Assembly: GCF_009914755.1 (NCBI RefSeq)
Contig: NC_060946.1
Length of the DNA: 64,000 nucleotides
Strand: one strand, 5' to 3'
DNA from: the human T2T-CHM13v2.0 reference genome, Homo sapiens
Positions within the stretch are counted from its first letter, which is position 1; each line of letters opens with the position of its first letter. The notes beneath the pieces were generated by a model, which saw only the letters and a program-made list of their open reading frames with translations, ran no database searches and was not told the DNA's origin. The position numbers and the translations under genes were made by a program. Below, piece after piece: positions 41,101-56,400 of the stretch.

Positions 41101-44100
41101 TCACAAACAAGTTTATGAGAATGCTTCTGTCTAGTTTTTATTTGAAGATATTTCCTTTCTCACCATAGACCTGAAAGCTGTCCTAATGTTCACTTCCAGA
41201 TACTACAGAAAGAGTGTTTCAAAACTGCTGTACGAAAGGGAATGTTCAACTCTGTGACTTGAATGCACACATCACAAAGAAGTTTCTGAGGATGCTGCTG
41301 TCTACTTTTTATACGTAATCCCGTTTCCAACGAAATCCTCCAAGCTATCCAAACATCCACTTGCAGATTCCACAGAAAGACTGTTTCAAAACTGCTCTGT
41401 CAATAGAAAGGTTCAACTCTGTTAGCTGCGTGCATATATCCCAAAGAAGATTCTGAGATTGCTTCTGTCTAGTTTTTATGGGAAGATATTTCCCTTTTCA
41501 CCGTAGGCGTCAAGGCGCTCCAAATGTCCACTTCCAGATACTACAAAAAGAGTGTTTCAAACCTACTCTGTGAAAGCGAATATTCAACTCTGTGACTTGA
41601 ATGCACATATCACAAAGAAGTTTCTGAGAATGCTTCTGTCGAGATTTTATATGAAGATATTCCCGTTTCCAACGAAATCCTGAAATCTATCCAAATATCC
41701 CCTCGCAGATTCTACAAAAAGAGTGTTTCAAAACTGCTCTGTAAAAAGAAAGGTTCAACTCTGTTAGTTGAGTACACACATCACAAACAAGTTTCACAGA
41801 ATGCTTCTTTCTAGCTTGTAGGGGAAGATATTCCCTTTATCACCATGGGCCTCCAACCGTCCGAAACGTCCACTTCCATATACTACAAAAAGAGCGTTTC
41901 AAACCTGCTCTAGGAAAGGCAATGTTCAACTCTGTGACTTGAATGCAGACATCACAGAGCAGTTTCTGAGAATGCTTCTGTCTAGATTTTATAGGAAGAT
42001 ATTCCCGTTTCCAACGAAATCTTCACAGCTATCTAAATATCCACTTGCAGATTCTACAAAAAGAGTGTATCAAAACTGCTCTGTCAAAAGGAAGGTTCTT
42101 CTCTGTTAGGTGAGTGCATACGTCATAAAGGAGTTTCTGAGAATGTTTCTGTCTAGTGGTTATGGGAAGATATTTGCTTTTTCACCGTAGGCCTCAGAGC
42201 GCTCCAAATATCCACTTGCACATACTACAAAAAGAGTGCCTCAAAGCTGCTCTTTGAAACGGAATGTTCAACTCTATGAGTTGAATGCAAACATCACAAA
42301 GACGTTTCTGAGAATGCTTCTGTCTAGATTTGATATGAAGATATTACCGTTTCCAACGAAATCTTCAAATCTATCCAAATGTCCACTTGCAGATTCAACA
42401 AAAAGTGTTTTTCAGAACTGCTCTATCAAAAGAAAGATCCACCTCTGTTAGCTGAGTTCACACATCACAAACAAGTTTATGAGAATGCTTCTGTCTAGTT
42501 TTTATTTGAAGATATTTCCTTTCTCACCATAGACCTGAAAGCTGTCCTAATGTTCACTTCCAGATACTACAGAAAGAGTGTTTCAAAACTGCTGTATGAA
42601 AGGGAATGTTCAACTCTGTGACTTGAATGCACACATCACAAAGAAGTTTCTGAGGATGCTGCTGTCTACTTTTTATATGTAATCCCGTTTCCAACGAAAT
42701 CCTCCAAGCTATCCAAATATCCACTTGCAGATTCCACAGAAAGACTGTTTCAAAACTGCTCTGTCAATAGAAAGGTTCAACTCTGTTAGCTGCGTGCATA
42801 TATCCCAAAGAAGATTCTGAGATTGCTTCTGTCTAGTTTTTATGGGAAGATATTTCCCTTTTCACCGTAGGCGTCAAGGCGCTCCAAATGTCCACTTCCA
42901 GATACTACAAAAAGAGTGTTTCAAACCTAATCGGTGAAAGGGAATATTCAACTCTGTGACTTGAATGCACATATCACAAAGAAGTTTCTGATAATGCTTC
43001 TGTCGAGATTTTATATGAAGATATTCCCGTTTCCAACGAAATCCTGAAATCTATCCAAATATCCCCTCGCAGATTCTACAAAAAGAGTGTTTCAAAACTG
43101 CTCTGTAAAAAGAAAGGTTCAACTCTGTTAGTTGAGTACACACATCACAAACAAGTTTCACAGAATGCTTCTTTCTAGCTTGTAGGGGAAGATATTCCCT
43201 TTATCACCATGGGCCTCCAACCGTCCGAAACATCCACTTCCATATACTACAAAAAGAGCGTTTCAAACCTGCTCTATGAAAGGCAATGTTCAACTCTGTG
43301 ACTTGAAAGCAGACATCACAGAGCAGTTTCTGAGAATGCTTCTGTCTAGATTTTATAGGAAGATATTCCCGTTTCCAACGAAATCTTCACATCTATCCAA
43401 ATATCCACTTGTAGATTCTTCAAAAAGAGTGTATCAAAACTGCTCTGTCAAAAGGAAGGTTCTTCTCTGTTAGGTGAGTGCATACGTCATAAAGGAGTTT
43501 CTGGGAATGTTTCTGTCTAGTGGTTATGGGAAGATATTTGCTTTTTCACCGTAGGCCTCAGAGCGCTCCAAATATCCACTTGCACATACTACAAAAAGAG
43601 TGCCTCAAAGCTGCTCTCTGAAACGGAATGTTCAACTCTATGAGTTGAATGCAAACATCACAAAGACGTTTCTGAGAATGCTTCTGTCTAGATTTGATAT
43701 GAAGATATTCCCGTTTCCAACGAAATCTTCAAATCTATCCAAATGTCCACTTGCATAATCAACAAAAAGTGTTTTTCAGAACTGCTCTATCAAAAGAAAG
43801 ATCCACCTCTGTTAGCTGAGTTCACACATCACAAACAAGTTTATGAGAATGCTTCTGTCTAGTTTTTATTTGAAGATATTTCCTTTCTCACCATAGACCT
43901 GAAAGCTGTCCTAATGTTCACTTCCAGATACTACAGAAAGAGTGTTTCAAAACTGCTGTACGAAAGGGAATGTTCAACTCTGTGACTTGAATGCACACAT
44001 CACAAAGAAGTTTCTGAGGATGCTGCTGTCTACTTTTTATACGTAATCCCGTTTCCAACGAAATCCTCCAAGCTATCCAAATATCCACTTGCAGATTCCA

Positions 44101-47100
44101 CAGAAAGACTGTTTCAAAACTGCTCTGTCAATAGAAAGGTTCAACTCTGTTAGCTGCGTGCATATATCCCAAAGAAGATTCTGAGATTGCTTCTGTCTAG
44201 TTTTTATGGGAAGATATTTCCCTTTTCACCGAAGGCGTCAAGGCGCTCCAAATGTCCACTTCCAGATACTACAAAAAGAGTGTTTCAAACCTACTCTGTG
44301 AAAGCGAATATTCAACTCTGTGACTTGAATGCACATATCACAAAGAAGTTTCTGAGAATGCTTCTGTCGAGATTTTATATGAAGATATTCCCGTTTCCAA
44401 CGAAATCCCGAAATCTATCCAAATATCCCCTCGCAGATTCTACAAAAAGAGTGTTTCAAAACTGCTCTGTAAAAAGAAAGGTTCAACTCTGTTAGTTGAG
44501 TACACACATCACAAACAAGTTTCACAGAATGCTTCTTTCTAGCTTGTAGGGGAAGATATTCCCTTTATCACCATGGTCCTCAAACCGTCCGAAACGTCCA
44601 CTTCCATATACTACAAAAAGAGCGTTTCAAACCTGCTCTAGGAAAGGCAATGTTCAACTCTGTGACTTGAATGCAGACATCACAGAACAGTTTCTGAGAA
44701 TGCTTCTGTCTAGATTTTATAGGAAGATATTCCCGTTTCCAACGAAATCTTCACAGCTATCCAAATATCCACTTGCAGATTCTACAAAAAGAGTGTATCA
44801 AAACTGCTCTGTCAAAAGGAAGGTTCTTCTCTGTTAGGTGAGTGCATACGTCATAAAGGAGTTTCTGAGAATGTTTCTGTCTAGTGGTTATGGGAAGATA
44901 TTTGCTTTTTCACCGTAGGCCTCAGAGCGCTCCAAATATCCACTTGCACATACTACAAAAAGAGTGCCTCAAAGCTGCTCTTTGAAACGGAATGTTCAAC
45001 TCTATGAGTTGAATGCAAACATCACAAAGACGTTTCTGAGAATGCTTCTGTCTAGATTTGATATGAAGATATTCCCGTTTCCAACGAAATCTTCAAATCT
45101 ATCCAAATGTCCACTTGCAGATTCAACAAAAAGTGTTTTTCAGAACTGCTCTATCAAAAGAAAGATCCACCTCTGTTAGCTGAGTTCACACATCACAAAC
45201 AAGTTTATGAGAATGCTTCTGTCTAGTTTTTATTTGAAGATATTTCCTTTCTCACCATAGACCTGAAAGCTGTCCTAATGTTCACTTCCAGATACTACAG
45301 AAAGAGTGTTTCAAAACTGCTGTACGAAAGGGAATGTTCAACTCTGTGACTTGAATGCACACATCACAAAGAAGTTTCTGAGGATGCTGCTGTCTACTTT
45401 TTATACGTAATCCCGTTTCCAACGAAATCCTCCAAGCTATCCAAATATCCACTTGCAGATTCCACAGAAAGACTGTTTCAAAACTGCTCTGTCAATAGAA
45501 AGGTTCAACTCTGTTAGCTGCGTGCATATATCCCAAAGAAGATTCTGAGATTGCTTCTGTCTAGTTTTTATGGGAAGATATTTCCCTTTTCACCGTAGGC
45601 GTCAAGGCGCTCCAAATGTCCACTTCCAGATACTACAAAAAGAGTGTTTCAAACCTACTGTGTGAAAGGGAATATTCAACTCTGTGACTTGAATGCACAT
45701 ATCACAAAGAAGTTTCTGAGAATGCTTCTGTCGAGATTTTATATGAAGATATTCCCGTTTCCAACGAAATCCTGAAATCTATCCAAATATCCCCTCGCAG
45801 ATTCTACAAAAAGAGTGTTTCAAAACTGCTCTGTAAAAAGAAAGGTTCAACTCTGTTACTTGAGTACACACATCACAAACAAGTTTCACAGAATGCTTCT
45901 TTCTAGCTTGTAGGGGAAGATATTCCCTTTATCACCATGGTCTTCAAACCGTCCGAAACGTCCACTTCCATATACTACAAAAAGAGTGTTTCAAACCTGC
46001 TCTATGAAAGGCAATGTTCAACTCTGTGACTTGAATGCAGACATCACAGAGCAGTTTCTGAGAATGCTTCTGTCTAGATTTTATAGGAAGATATTCCCGT
46101 TTCCAACGAAATCTTCACAGCTATCCAAATATCCACTTGCAGATTCTACAAAAAGAGTGTATCAAAACTGCTCTGTCAAAAGGAAGGTTCTTCTCTGTTA
46201 GGTGAGTGCATACGTCATAAAGGAGTTTCTGAGAATGTTTCTGTCTAGTGGTTATGGGAAGATATTTGCTTTTTCCCCGTAGACCTCAGAGCGCTCCAAA
46301 TGTCCACTTGCACATGCTACAAAAAGAGTGCTTCAAAGCTGCTCTCTGAAAGGGAATGTTCAACTCTATGAGTTGAATGTAAACATCACAAAGACGTTTC
46401 TGAGAATGCTTCTGTCTAGATTTGATATGAAGATATTCCCGTTTCCAACGAAATCTTCAAATCTATCCAAATGTCCACTTGCAGATTCAACAAAAAGTGT
46501 TTTTCAGAACTGCTCTATCAAAAGAAAGATCCACCTCTGTTAGCTGAGTTCACACATCACAAACAAGTTTATGAGAATGCTTCTGTCTAGTTTTTATTTG
46601 AAGATATTTCCTTTCTCACCATAGACCTGAAAGCTGTCCTAATGTTCACTTCCAGATACTACAGAAAGAGTGTTTCAAAACTGCTGTACGAAAGGGAATG
46701 TTCAACTCTGTGACTTGAATGCACACATCACAAAGAAGTTTCTGAGGATGCTGCTGTCTACTTTTTATACGTAATCCCGTTTCCAACGAAATCCTCCAAG
46801 CTATCCAAATATCCACTTGCAGATTCCACAGAAAGACTGTTTCAAAACTGCTCTGTCAATAGAAAGGTTCAACTCTGTTACCTGCGTGCATATATCCCAA
46901 AGAAGATTCTGAGATTCCTTCTGTCTAGTTTTTATGGGAAGATATTTCCCTTTTCACCGTAGGCGTCAAGGCGCTCCAAATGTCCACTTCCAGATACTAC
47001 AAAAAGAGTGTTTCAAACCTACTCTGTGAAAGGGAATATTCAACTCTGTGACTTGAATGCACATATCACAAAGAAGTTTCTGAGAATGCTTCTGTCGAGA

Positions 47101-50100
47101 TTTTATATGAAGATATTCCCGTTTCCAACGAAATCCTGAAATCTATCCAAATATCCCCTCGCAGATTCTACAAAAAGAGTGTTTCAAAACTGCTCTGTAA
47201 AAAGAAAGGTTCAACTCTGTTAGTTGAGTACACACATCACAAACAAGTTTCACAGAATGCTTCTTTCTAGCTTGTAGGGGAAGATATTCCCTTTATCACC
47301 ATGGTCCTCAAACCGTCCGAAACGTCCACTTCCATATACTACAAAAAGAGCGTTTCAAACCTGCTCTAGGAAAGGCAATGTTCAACTCTGTGACTTGAAT
47401 GCAGACATCACAGAGCAGTTTCTGAGAATGCTTCTGTCTAGATTTTATAGGAAGTTATTCCCGTTTCCAACGAAATCTTCACAGCTATCCAAATATCCAC
47501 TTGCAGATTCTACAAAAGGAGTGTATCAAAACTGCTCTGTCAAAAGGAAGGTTCTTCTCTGTTAGGTGAGTGCATACGTCATAAAGGAGTTTCTGAGAAT
47601 GTTTCTGTCTAGTGGTTATGGGAAGATATTTGCTTTTTCACCGTAGGCCTCAGAGCGCTCCAAATATCCACTTGCACATACTACAAAAAGAGTGCCTCAA
47701 AGCTGCTCTCTGAAACGGAATGTTCAACTCTATGAGTTGAATGCAAACATCACAAAGACGTTTCTGAGAATGCTTCTGTCTAGATTTGATATGAAGATAT
47801 TCCCGTTTCCAACGAAATCTTCAAATCTATCCAAATGTCCACTTGCAGATTCAACAAAAAGTGTTTTTCAGAACTGCTGTATCAAAAGAAAGATCCACGT
47901 CTGTTAGCTGAGTTCACACATCACAAACAAGTTTATGAGAATGCTTCTGTCTAGTTTTTATTTGAAGATATTTCCTTTCTCACCATAGACCTGAAAGCTG
48001 TCCTAATGTTCACTTCCAGATACTACAGAAAGAGTGTTTCAAAACTGCTGTACGAAAGGGAATTTTCAACTCTGTGACTTGAATGCACACATCACAAAGA
48101 AGTTTCTGAGGATGCTGCTGTCTACTTTTTATACGTAATCCCGTTTCCAACGAAATCCTCCAAGCTATCCAAATATCCACTTGCAGATTCCACAGAAAGA
48201 CTGTTTCAAAACTGCTCTGTCAATAGAAAGGTTCAACTCTGTTAGCTGCGTGCATATATCCCAAAGAAGATTCTGAGATTGCTTCTGTCTAGTTTTTATG
48301 GGAAGATATTTCCCTTTTCACCGTAGGCGTCAAGGCGCTCCAAATGTCCACTTCCAGATACTACAAAAAGAGTGTTTCAAACCTACTCTGTGAAAGGGAA
48401 TATTCAACTCTGTGACTTGAATGCACATATCACAAAGAAGTTTCTGAGAATGCTTCTGTCGAGATTTTATATGAAGATATTCCCGTTTCCAACGAAATCC
48501 TGAAATCTATCCAAATATCCCCTCGCAGATTCTACAAAAAGAGTGTTTCAAAACTGCTCTGTAAAAAGAAAGGTTCAACTCTGTTAGTTGAGTACACACA
48601 TCACAAACAAGTTTCACAGAATGCTTCTTTCTAGCTTGTAGGGGAAGATATTCCCTTTATCACCATGGTCCTCAAACCGTCCGAAACGTCCACTTCCATA
48701 TACTACAAAAAGAGCGTTTCAAACCTGCTCTAGGAAAGGCAATGTTCAACTCTGTGACTTGAATGCAGACATCACAGAACAGTTTCTGAGAATGCTTCTG
48801 TCTAGATTTTATAGGAAGATATTCCCGTTTCCAACGAAATCTTCACAGCTATCCAAATATCCACTTGCAGATTCTACAAAAAGAGTGTATCAAAACTGCT
48901 CTGTCAAAAGGAAGGTTCTTCTCTGTTAGGTGAGTGCATACGTCATAAAGGAGTTTCTGAGAATGTTTCTGTCTAGTGGTTATGGGAAGATATTTGCTTT
49001 TTCACCGTAGGCCTCAGAGCGCTCCAAATATCCACTTGCACATACTACAAAAAGAGTGCCTCAAAGCTGCTCTCTGAAACGGAATGTTCAACTCTATGAG
49101 TTGAATGCAAACCTCACAAAGACGTTTCTGAGAATGCTTCTGTCTAGATTTGATATGAAGATATTCCCGTTTCCAACGAAATCTTCAAATCTATCCAAAT
49201 GTCCACTTGCAGATTCAACAAAAAGTGTTTTTCAGAACTGCTCTATCAAAAGAAAGATCCACCTCTGTTAGCTGAGTTCACACATCACAAACAAGTTTAT
49301 GAGAATGCTTCTGTCTAGTTTTTATTTGAAGATATTTCCTTTCTCACCATAGACCTGAAAGCTGTCCTAATGTTCACTTCCAGATACTACAGAAAGAGTG
49401 TTTCAAAACTGCTGTACGAAAGGGAATGTTCAACTCTGTGACTTGAATGCACACATCACAAAGAAGTTTCTGAGGATGCTGCTGTCTACTTTTTATACGT
49501 AATCCCGTTTCCAACGAAATCCTCCAAGCTATCCAAATATCCACTTGCAGATTCCACAGAAAGACTGTTTCAAAACTGCTCTGTCAATAGAAAGGTTCAA
49601 CTCTGTTAGCTGCGTGCATATATCCCAAAGAAGATTCTGAGATTGCTTCTGTCTAGTTTTTATGGGAAGATATTTCCCTTTTCACCGTAGGCGTCAAGGC
49701 GCTCCAAATGTCCACTTCCAGATACTACAAAAAGAGTGTTTCAAACCTACTCTGTGAAAGCGAATATTCAACTCTGTGACTTGAATGCACATATCACAAA
49801 GAAGTTTCTGAGAATGATTCTGTCGAGATTTTATATGAAGATATTCCCGTTTCCAACGAAATCCTGAAATCTATCCAAATATCCCCTCGCAGATTCTACA
49901 AAAAGAGTGTTTCAAAACTGCTCTGTAAAAAGAAAGGTTCAACTCTGTTAGTTGAGTACACACATCACAAACAAGTTTCACAGAATGCTTCTTTCTAGCT
50001 TGTAGGGGAAGATATTCCCTTTATCACCATGGGCCTCCAACCGTCCGAAACGTCCACTTCCATATACTACCAAAAGAGCGTTTCAAACCTGCTCTAGGAA

Positions 50101-50400
50101 AGGCAATGTTCAACTCTGTGACTTGAATGCAGACATCACAGAGCAGTTTCTGAGAATGCTTCTGTCTAGATTTTATAGGAAGATATTCCCGTTTCCAACG
50201 AAATCTTCACAGCTATCCAAATATCCACTTGCAGATTCTACAAAAAGAGTGTATCAAAACTGCTCTGTCAAAAGGAAGGTTCTTCTCTGTTAGGTGAGTG
50301 CATACGTCATAAAGGAGTTTCTGAGAATGTTTCTGTCTAGTGGTTATGGGAAGATATTTGCTTTTTCACCGTAGGCCTCAGAGCGCTCCAAATATCCACT
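35120..50400. repeat. Older duplication with 6-HOR period (8184 bp)
   Basis: Variant ORFs at 35092/43276, 38144/46328 and 39508/47692; AAAAGGAGTG ~39334/47518; GGGAATTTT ~39880/48064; CAGAACAG ~40595/48779; all offsets are 8184. Confidence 0.88.
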
Positions 50401-53400
50401 TGCACATACTACAAAAAGAGTGCCTCAAAGCTGCTCTCTGAAATGGAATGTTCAACTCTATGAGTTGAATGCAAACATCACAAAGACGTTTCTGAGAATG
50501 CTTCTGTCTAGATTTGATATGAAGATATTCCCGTTTCCAACGAAATCTTCAAATCTATCCAAATGTCCACTTGCAGATTCAACAAAAAGTGTTTTTCAGA
50601 ACTGCTCTATCAAAAGAAAGATCCACCTCTGTTAGCTGAGTTCACACATCCAAACAAGTTTATGAGAATGCTTCTGTCTAGTTTTTATTTGAAGATATTT
50701 CCTTTCTCACCATAGACCTGAAAGCTGTCCTAATGTTCACTTCCAGATACTACAGAAAGAGTGTTTAAAAACTGCTGTACGAAAGGGAATGTTCAACTCT
50801 GTGACTTGAATGCACACATCACAAAGAAGTTTCTGAGGATGCTGCTGTCTACTTTTTATACGTAATCCCGTTTCCAACGAAATCCTCCAAGCTATCCAAA
50901 TATCCACTTGCAGATTCCACAGAAAGACTGTTTCAAAACTGCTCTGTCAATAGAAAGGTTCAACTCTGTTAGCTGCGTGCATATATCCCAAAGAAGATTC
51001 TGAGATTGCTTCTGTCTAGTTTTTATGGGAAGATATTTCCCTTTTCACCGTAGGTGTCAAGGCGCTCCAAATGTCCACTTCCAGATACTACAAAAAGAGT
51101 GTTTCAAACCTACTCTGTGAAAAGGAATATTCAACTCTGTGACTTTAATGCACATATCACAAAGAAGTTTCTGAGAATGCTTCTGTCGAGATTTTATATG
51201 AAGATATTCCCGTTTCCAACGAAATCCTGAAATCTATCCAAATATCCCCTCGCAGATTCTACAAAAAGAGTGTTTCAAAACTGCTCTGTAAAAAGAAAGG
51301 TTCAACTCTGTTAGTTGAGTACACACATCACAAACAAGTTTCACAGAATGCTTCTTTCTAGCTTGTAGGGGAAGATATTCCCTTTATCACCATGGGCCTC
51401 CAACCGTCCGAAACGTCCACTTCCATATACTACAAAAAGAGCGTTTCAAACCTGCTCTAGGAAAGGCAATGTTCAACTCTGTGACTTGAATGCAGACATC
51501 ACAGAGCAGTTTCTGAGAATGCTTCTGTCTAGATTTTATAGGAAGATATTCCCGTTTCCAACGAAATCTTCACAGCTATCCAAATATCCACTTGCAGATT
51601 CTACAAAAAGAGTGTATCAAAACTGCTCTGTCAAAAGGAAGGTTCTTCTCTGTTAGGTGAGTGCATACGTCATAAAGGAGTTTCTGAGAATGTTTCTGTC
51701 TAGTGGTTATGGGAAGATATTTGCTTTTTCACCGTAGGCCTCAGAGCGCTCCAAATATCCACTTGCACATACTACAAAAAGAGTGCCTCAAAGCTGCTCT
51801 CTGAAACGGAATGTTCAACTCTATGAGTTGAATGCAAACATCACAAAGACGTTTCTGAGAATGCTTCTGTCTAGATTTGATATGAAGATATTCCCGTTTC
51901 CAACGAAATCTTCAAATCTATCCAAATGTCCACTTGCAGATTCAACAAAAAGTGTTTTTCAGAACTGCTCTATCAAAAGAAAGATCCACCTCTGTTAGCT
52001 GAGTTCACACATCACAAACAAGTTTATGAGAATGCTTCTGTCTAGTTTTTATTTGAAGATATTTCCTTTCTCACCATAGACCTGAAAGCTGTCCTAATGT
52101 TCACTTCCAGATACTACAGAAAGAGTGTTTCAAAACTGCTGTACGAAAGGGAATGTTCAACTCTGTGACTTGAATGCACACATCACAAAGAAGTTTCTGA
52201 GGATGCTGCTGTCTACTTTTTATACGTAATCCCGTTTCCAACGAAATCCTCCAAGCTATCCAAATATCCACTTGCAGATTCCACAGAAAGACTGTTTCAA
52301 AACTGCTCTGTCAATAGAAAGGTTCAACTCTGTTAGCTGCGTGCATATATCCCAAAGAAGATTCTGATATTGCTTCTGTCTAGTTTTTATGGGAAGATAT
52401 TTCCCTTTTCACCGTAGGCGTCAAGGCGCTCCAAATGTCCACTTCCAGATACTACAAAAAGAGTGTTTCAAACCTACCCTGTGAAAGGGAATATTCAACT
52501 CTGTGACTTGAATGCATATATCACAAAGTAGTTTCTGAGAATGCTTCTGTCGAGATTTTATATGAAGATATTCCCGTTTCCAACGAAATCCTGAAATCTA
52601 TCCAAATATCCCCTCGCAGATTCTACAAAAAGAGTGTTTCAAAACTGCTCTGTAAAAAGAAAGGTTCAACTCTGTTAGTTGAGTACACACATCACAAACA
52701 AGTTTCACAGAATGCTTCTTTCTAGCTTGTAGGGGAAGATATTCCCTTTATCACCATGGTCCTCAAACCGTCCGAAACGTCCACTTCCATATACTACAAA
52801 AAGAGCGTTTCAAACCTGCTCTAGGAAAGGCAATGTTCAACTCTGTGACTTGAATGCAGACATCACAGAACAGTTTCTGAGAATGCTTCTGTCTAGATTT
52901 TATAGGAAGATATTCCCGTTTCCAACGAAATCTTCACAGCTATCTAAATATCCACTTGCAGATTCTACAAAAAGAGTGTATCAAAACTGCTCTGTCAAAA
53001 GGAAGGTTCTTCTCTGTTAGGTGAGTGCATACGTCATAAAGGAGTTTCTGATAATGTTTCTGTCTAGTGGTTATGGGAAGATATTTGCTTTTTCACCGTA
53101 GGCCTCAGAGCGCTCCAAATATCCACTTGCACATACTACAAAAAGAGTGCCTCAAAGCTGCTCTCTGAAACGGAATGTTCAACTCTATGAGTTGAATGCA
53201 AACATCACAAAGACGTTTCTGAGAATGCTTCTGTCTAGATTTGATATGAAGATATTCCCGTTTCCAACGAAATCTTCAAATCTATCCAAATGTCCACTTG
53301 CAGATTCAACAAAAAGTGTTTTTCAGAACTGCTCTATCAAAAGAAAGATCCACCTCTGTTAGCTGAGTTCACACATCACAAACAAGTTTATGAGAATGCT

Positions 53401-56400
53401 TCTGTCTAGTTTTTATTTGAAGATATTTCCTTTCTCACCATAGACCTGAAAGCTGTCCTAATGTTCACTTCCAGATACTACAGAAAGAGTGTTTAAAAAC
53501 TGCTGTACGAAAGGGAATGTTCAACTCTGTGACTTGAATGCACACATCACAAAGAAGTTTCTGAGGATGCTGCTGTCTACTTTTTATACGTAATCCCGTT
53601 TCCAACGAAATCCTCCAAGCTATCCAAATATCCACTTGCAGATTCCACAGAAAGACTGTTTCAAAACTGCTCTGTCAATAGAAAGGTTCAACTCTGTTAG
53701 CTGCGTGCATATATCCCAAAGAAGATTCTGAGATTGCTTCTGTCTAGTTTTTATGGGAAGATATTTCCCTTTTCACCGTAGGCGTCAAGGCGCTCCAAAT
53801 GTCCACTTCCAGATACTACAAAAAGAGTGTTTCAAACCTACTCTGTGAAAGGGAATATTCAACTCTGTGACTTGAATGCACATATCACAAAGAAGTTTCT
53901 GAGAATGCTTCTGTCGAGATTTTATATGAAGATGTTCCCGTTTCCAACGAAATCCTGAAATCTATCCAAATATCCCCTCGCAGATTCTACAAAAAGAGTG
54001 TTTCAAAACTGCTCTGTAAAAAGAAAGGTTCAACTCTGTTAGTTGAGTACACACATGACAAACAAGTTTCACAGAATGCTTCTTTCTAGCTTGTAGGGGA
54101 AGATATTCCCTTTATCACCATGGTCCTCAAACCGTCCGAAACGTCCACTTCCATATACTACAAAAAGAGCGTTTCAAACCTGCTCTAGGAAAGGCAATGT
54201 TCAACTCTGTGACTTGAATGCAGACATCACAGAGCAGTTTCTGAGAATGCTTCTGTCTAGATTTTATAGGAAGATATTCCCGTTTCCAACGAAATCTTCA
54301 CAGCTATCCAAATATCCACTTGCAGATTCTACAAAAAGAGTGTATCAAAACTGCTCTGTCAAAAGGAAGGTTCTTCTCTGTTAGGTGAGTGCATACGTCA
54401 TAAAGGAGTTTCTGAGAATGTTTCTGTCTAGTGGTTATGGGAAGATATTTGCTTTTTCACCGTAGGCCTCAGAGCGCTCCAAATATCCACTTGCACATAC
54501 TACAAAAAGAGTGCCTCAAAGCTGCTCTCTGAAACGGAATGTTCAACTCTATGAGTTGAATGCAAACATCACAAAGACGTTTCTGAGAATGCTTCTGTCT
54601 AGATTTGATATGAAGATATTCCCGTTTCCAACGAAATCTTCAAATCTATCCAAATGTCCACTTGCAGATTCAACAAAAAGTGTTTTTCAGAACTGCTCTA
54701 TCAAAAGAAAGATCCACCTCTGTTAGCTGAGTTCACACATCACAAACAAGTTTATGAGAATGCTTCTGTCTAGTTTTTATTTGAAGATATTTCCTTTCTC
54801 ACCATAGACCTGAAAGCTGTCCTAATGTTCACTTCCAGATACTACAGAAAGAGTGTTTCAAAACTGCTGTACGAAAGGGAATGTTCAACTCTGTGACTTG
54901 AATGCACACATCACAAAGAAGTTTCTGAGGATGCTGCTGTCTACTTTTTATACGTAATCCCGTTTCCAACGAAATCCTCCAAGCTATCCAAATATCCACT
55001 TGCAGATTCCACAGAAAGACTGTTTCAAAACTGCTCTGTCAATAGAAAGGTTCAACTCTGTTAGCTGCGTGCATATATCCCAAAGAAGATTCTGAGATTG
55101 CTTCTGTCTAGTTTTTATGGGAAGGTATTTCCCTTTTCACCGTAGGCGTCAAGGCGCTCCAAATGTCCACTTCCAGATACTACAAAAAGAGTGTTTCAAA
55201 CCTACTCTCTGAAAGGGAATATTCAACTCTGTGACTTGAATGCAGATATCACAATGAAGTTTCTGAGAATGCTTCTGTCGAGATTTTATATGAAGATATT
55301 CCCGTTTCCAACGAAATCCTGAAATCTATCCAAATATCCCCTCGCAGATTCTACAAAAAGAGTGTTTCAAAACTGTTCTGTAAAAAGAAAGGTTCAACTC
55401 TGTTAGTTGAGTACACACATCACAAACAAGTATCACAGAATGCTTCTTTCTAGCTTGTAGGGGAAGATATTTCCTTTATCACCATGGGCCTCAAACCGTC
55501 CGAAACGTCCACTTCCATATACTTCAAAAAGAGCGTTTCAAACCTGCTCTATGAAAGGCAATGTTCAACTCTGTGACTTGAATGCAGACATCACAGAGCT
55601 GTTTCTGAGAATGCTTCTGTCTAGATTTTATAGGATGATATTCCCGTTTCCAACGAAATCTTCACAGCTATCCAAATATCCACTTGCAGATTCTACAAAA
55701 AGAGTGTATCCAAACTGCTCTGGCAAAAGGAAGGTTCTTCTCTGTTAGGTGAGTGCATACGTCATAAAGGAGTTTCTGAGAATGTTTCTGTCTAGTGGTT
55801 ATGGGAAGATATTTGCTTTTTCACCGTAGGCCTCAGAGCGCTCCAAATATCCACTTGCACATACTACAAAAAGAGTGCCTCAAAGCTGCTCTCTGAAATG
55901 GAATGTTCAACTCTATGAGTTGAATGCAAACATCACAAAGACGTTTCTGAGAATGCTTCTGTCTAGATTTGATATGAAGATATTCCCGTTTCCAACGAAA
56001 TCTTCAAATCTATCCAAATGTCCACTTGCAGATTCAACAAAAAGTGTTTTTCAGAACTGCTCTATCAAAAGAAAGATCCACCTCTGTTAGCTGAGTTCAC
56101 ACATCCAAACAAGTTTATGAGAATGCTTCTGTCTAGTTTTTATTTGAAGATATTTCCTTTCTCACCATAGACCTGAAAGCTGTCCTAATGTTCACTTCCA
56201 GATACTACAGAAAGAGTGTTTCAAAACTGCTGTACGAAAGGGAATGTTCAACTCTGTGACTTGAATGCACACATCACAAAGAAGTTTCTGAGGATGCTGC
56301 TGTCTACTTTTTATACGTAATCCCGTTTCCAACGAAATCCTCCAAGCTATCCAAATATCCACTTGCAGATTCCACAGAAAGACTGTTTCAAAACTGCTCT

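Noticed and set aside
44187-44495. Longest ORF (102 aa)
   Set aside because: It arises from two private substitutions that remove stops (TAG>AAG ~44232; TGA>CGA ~44409). It is an in-frame read of 171-bp monomers with no evidence of coding function.
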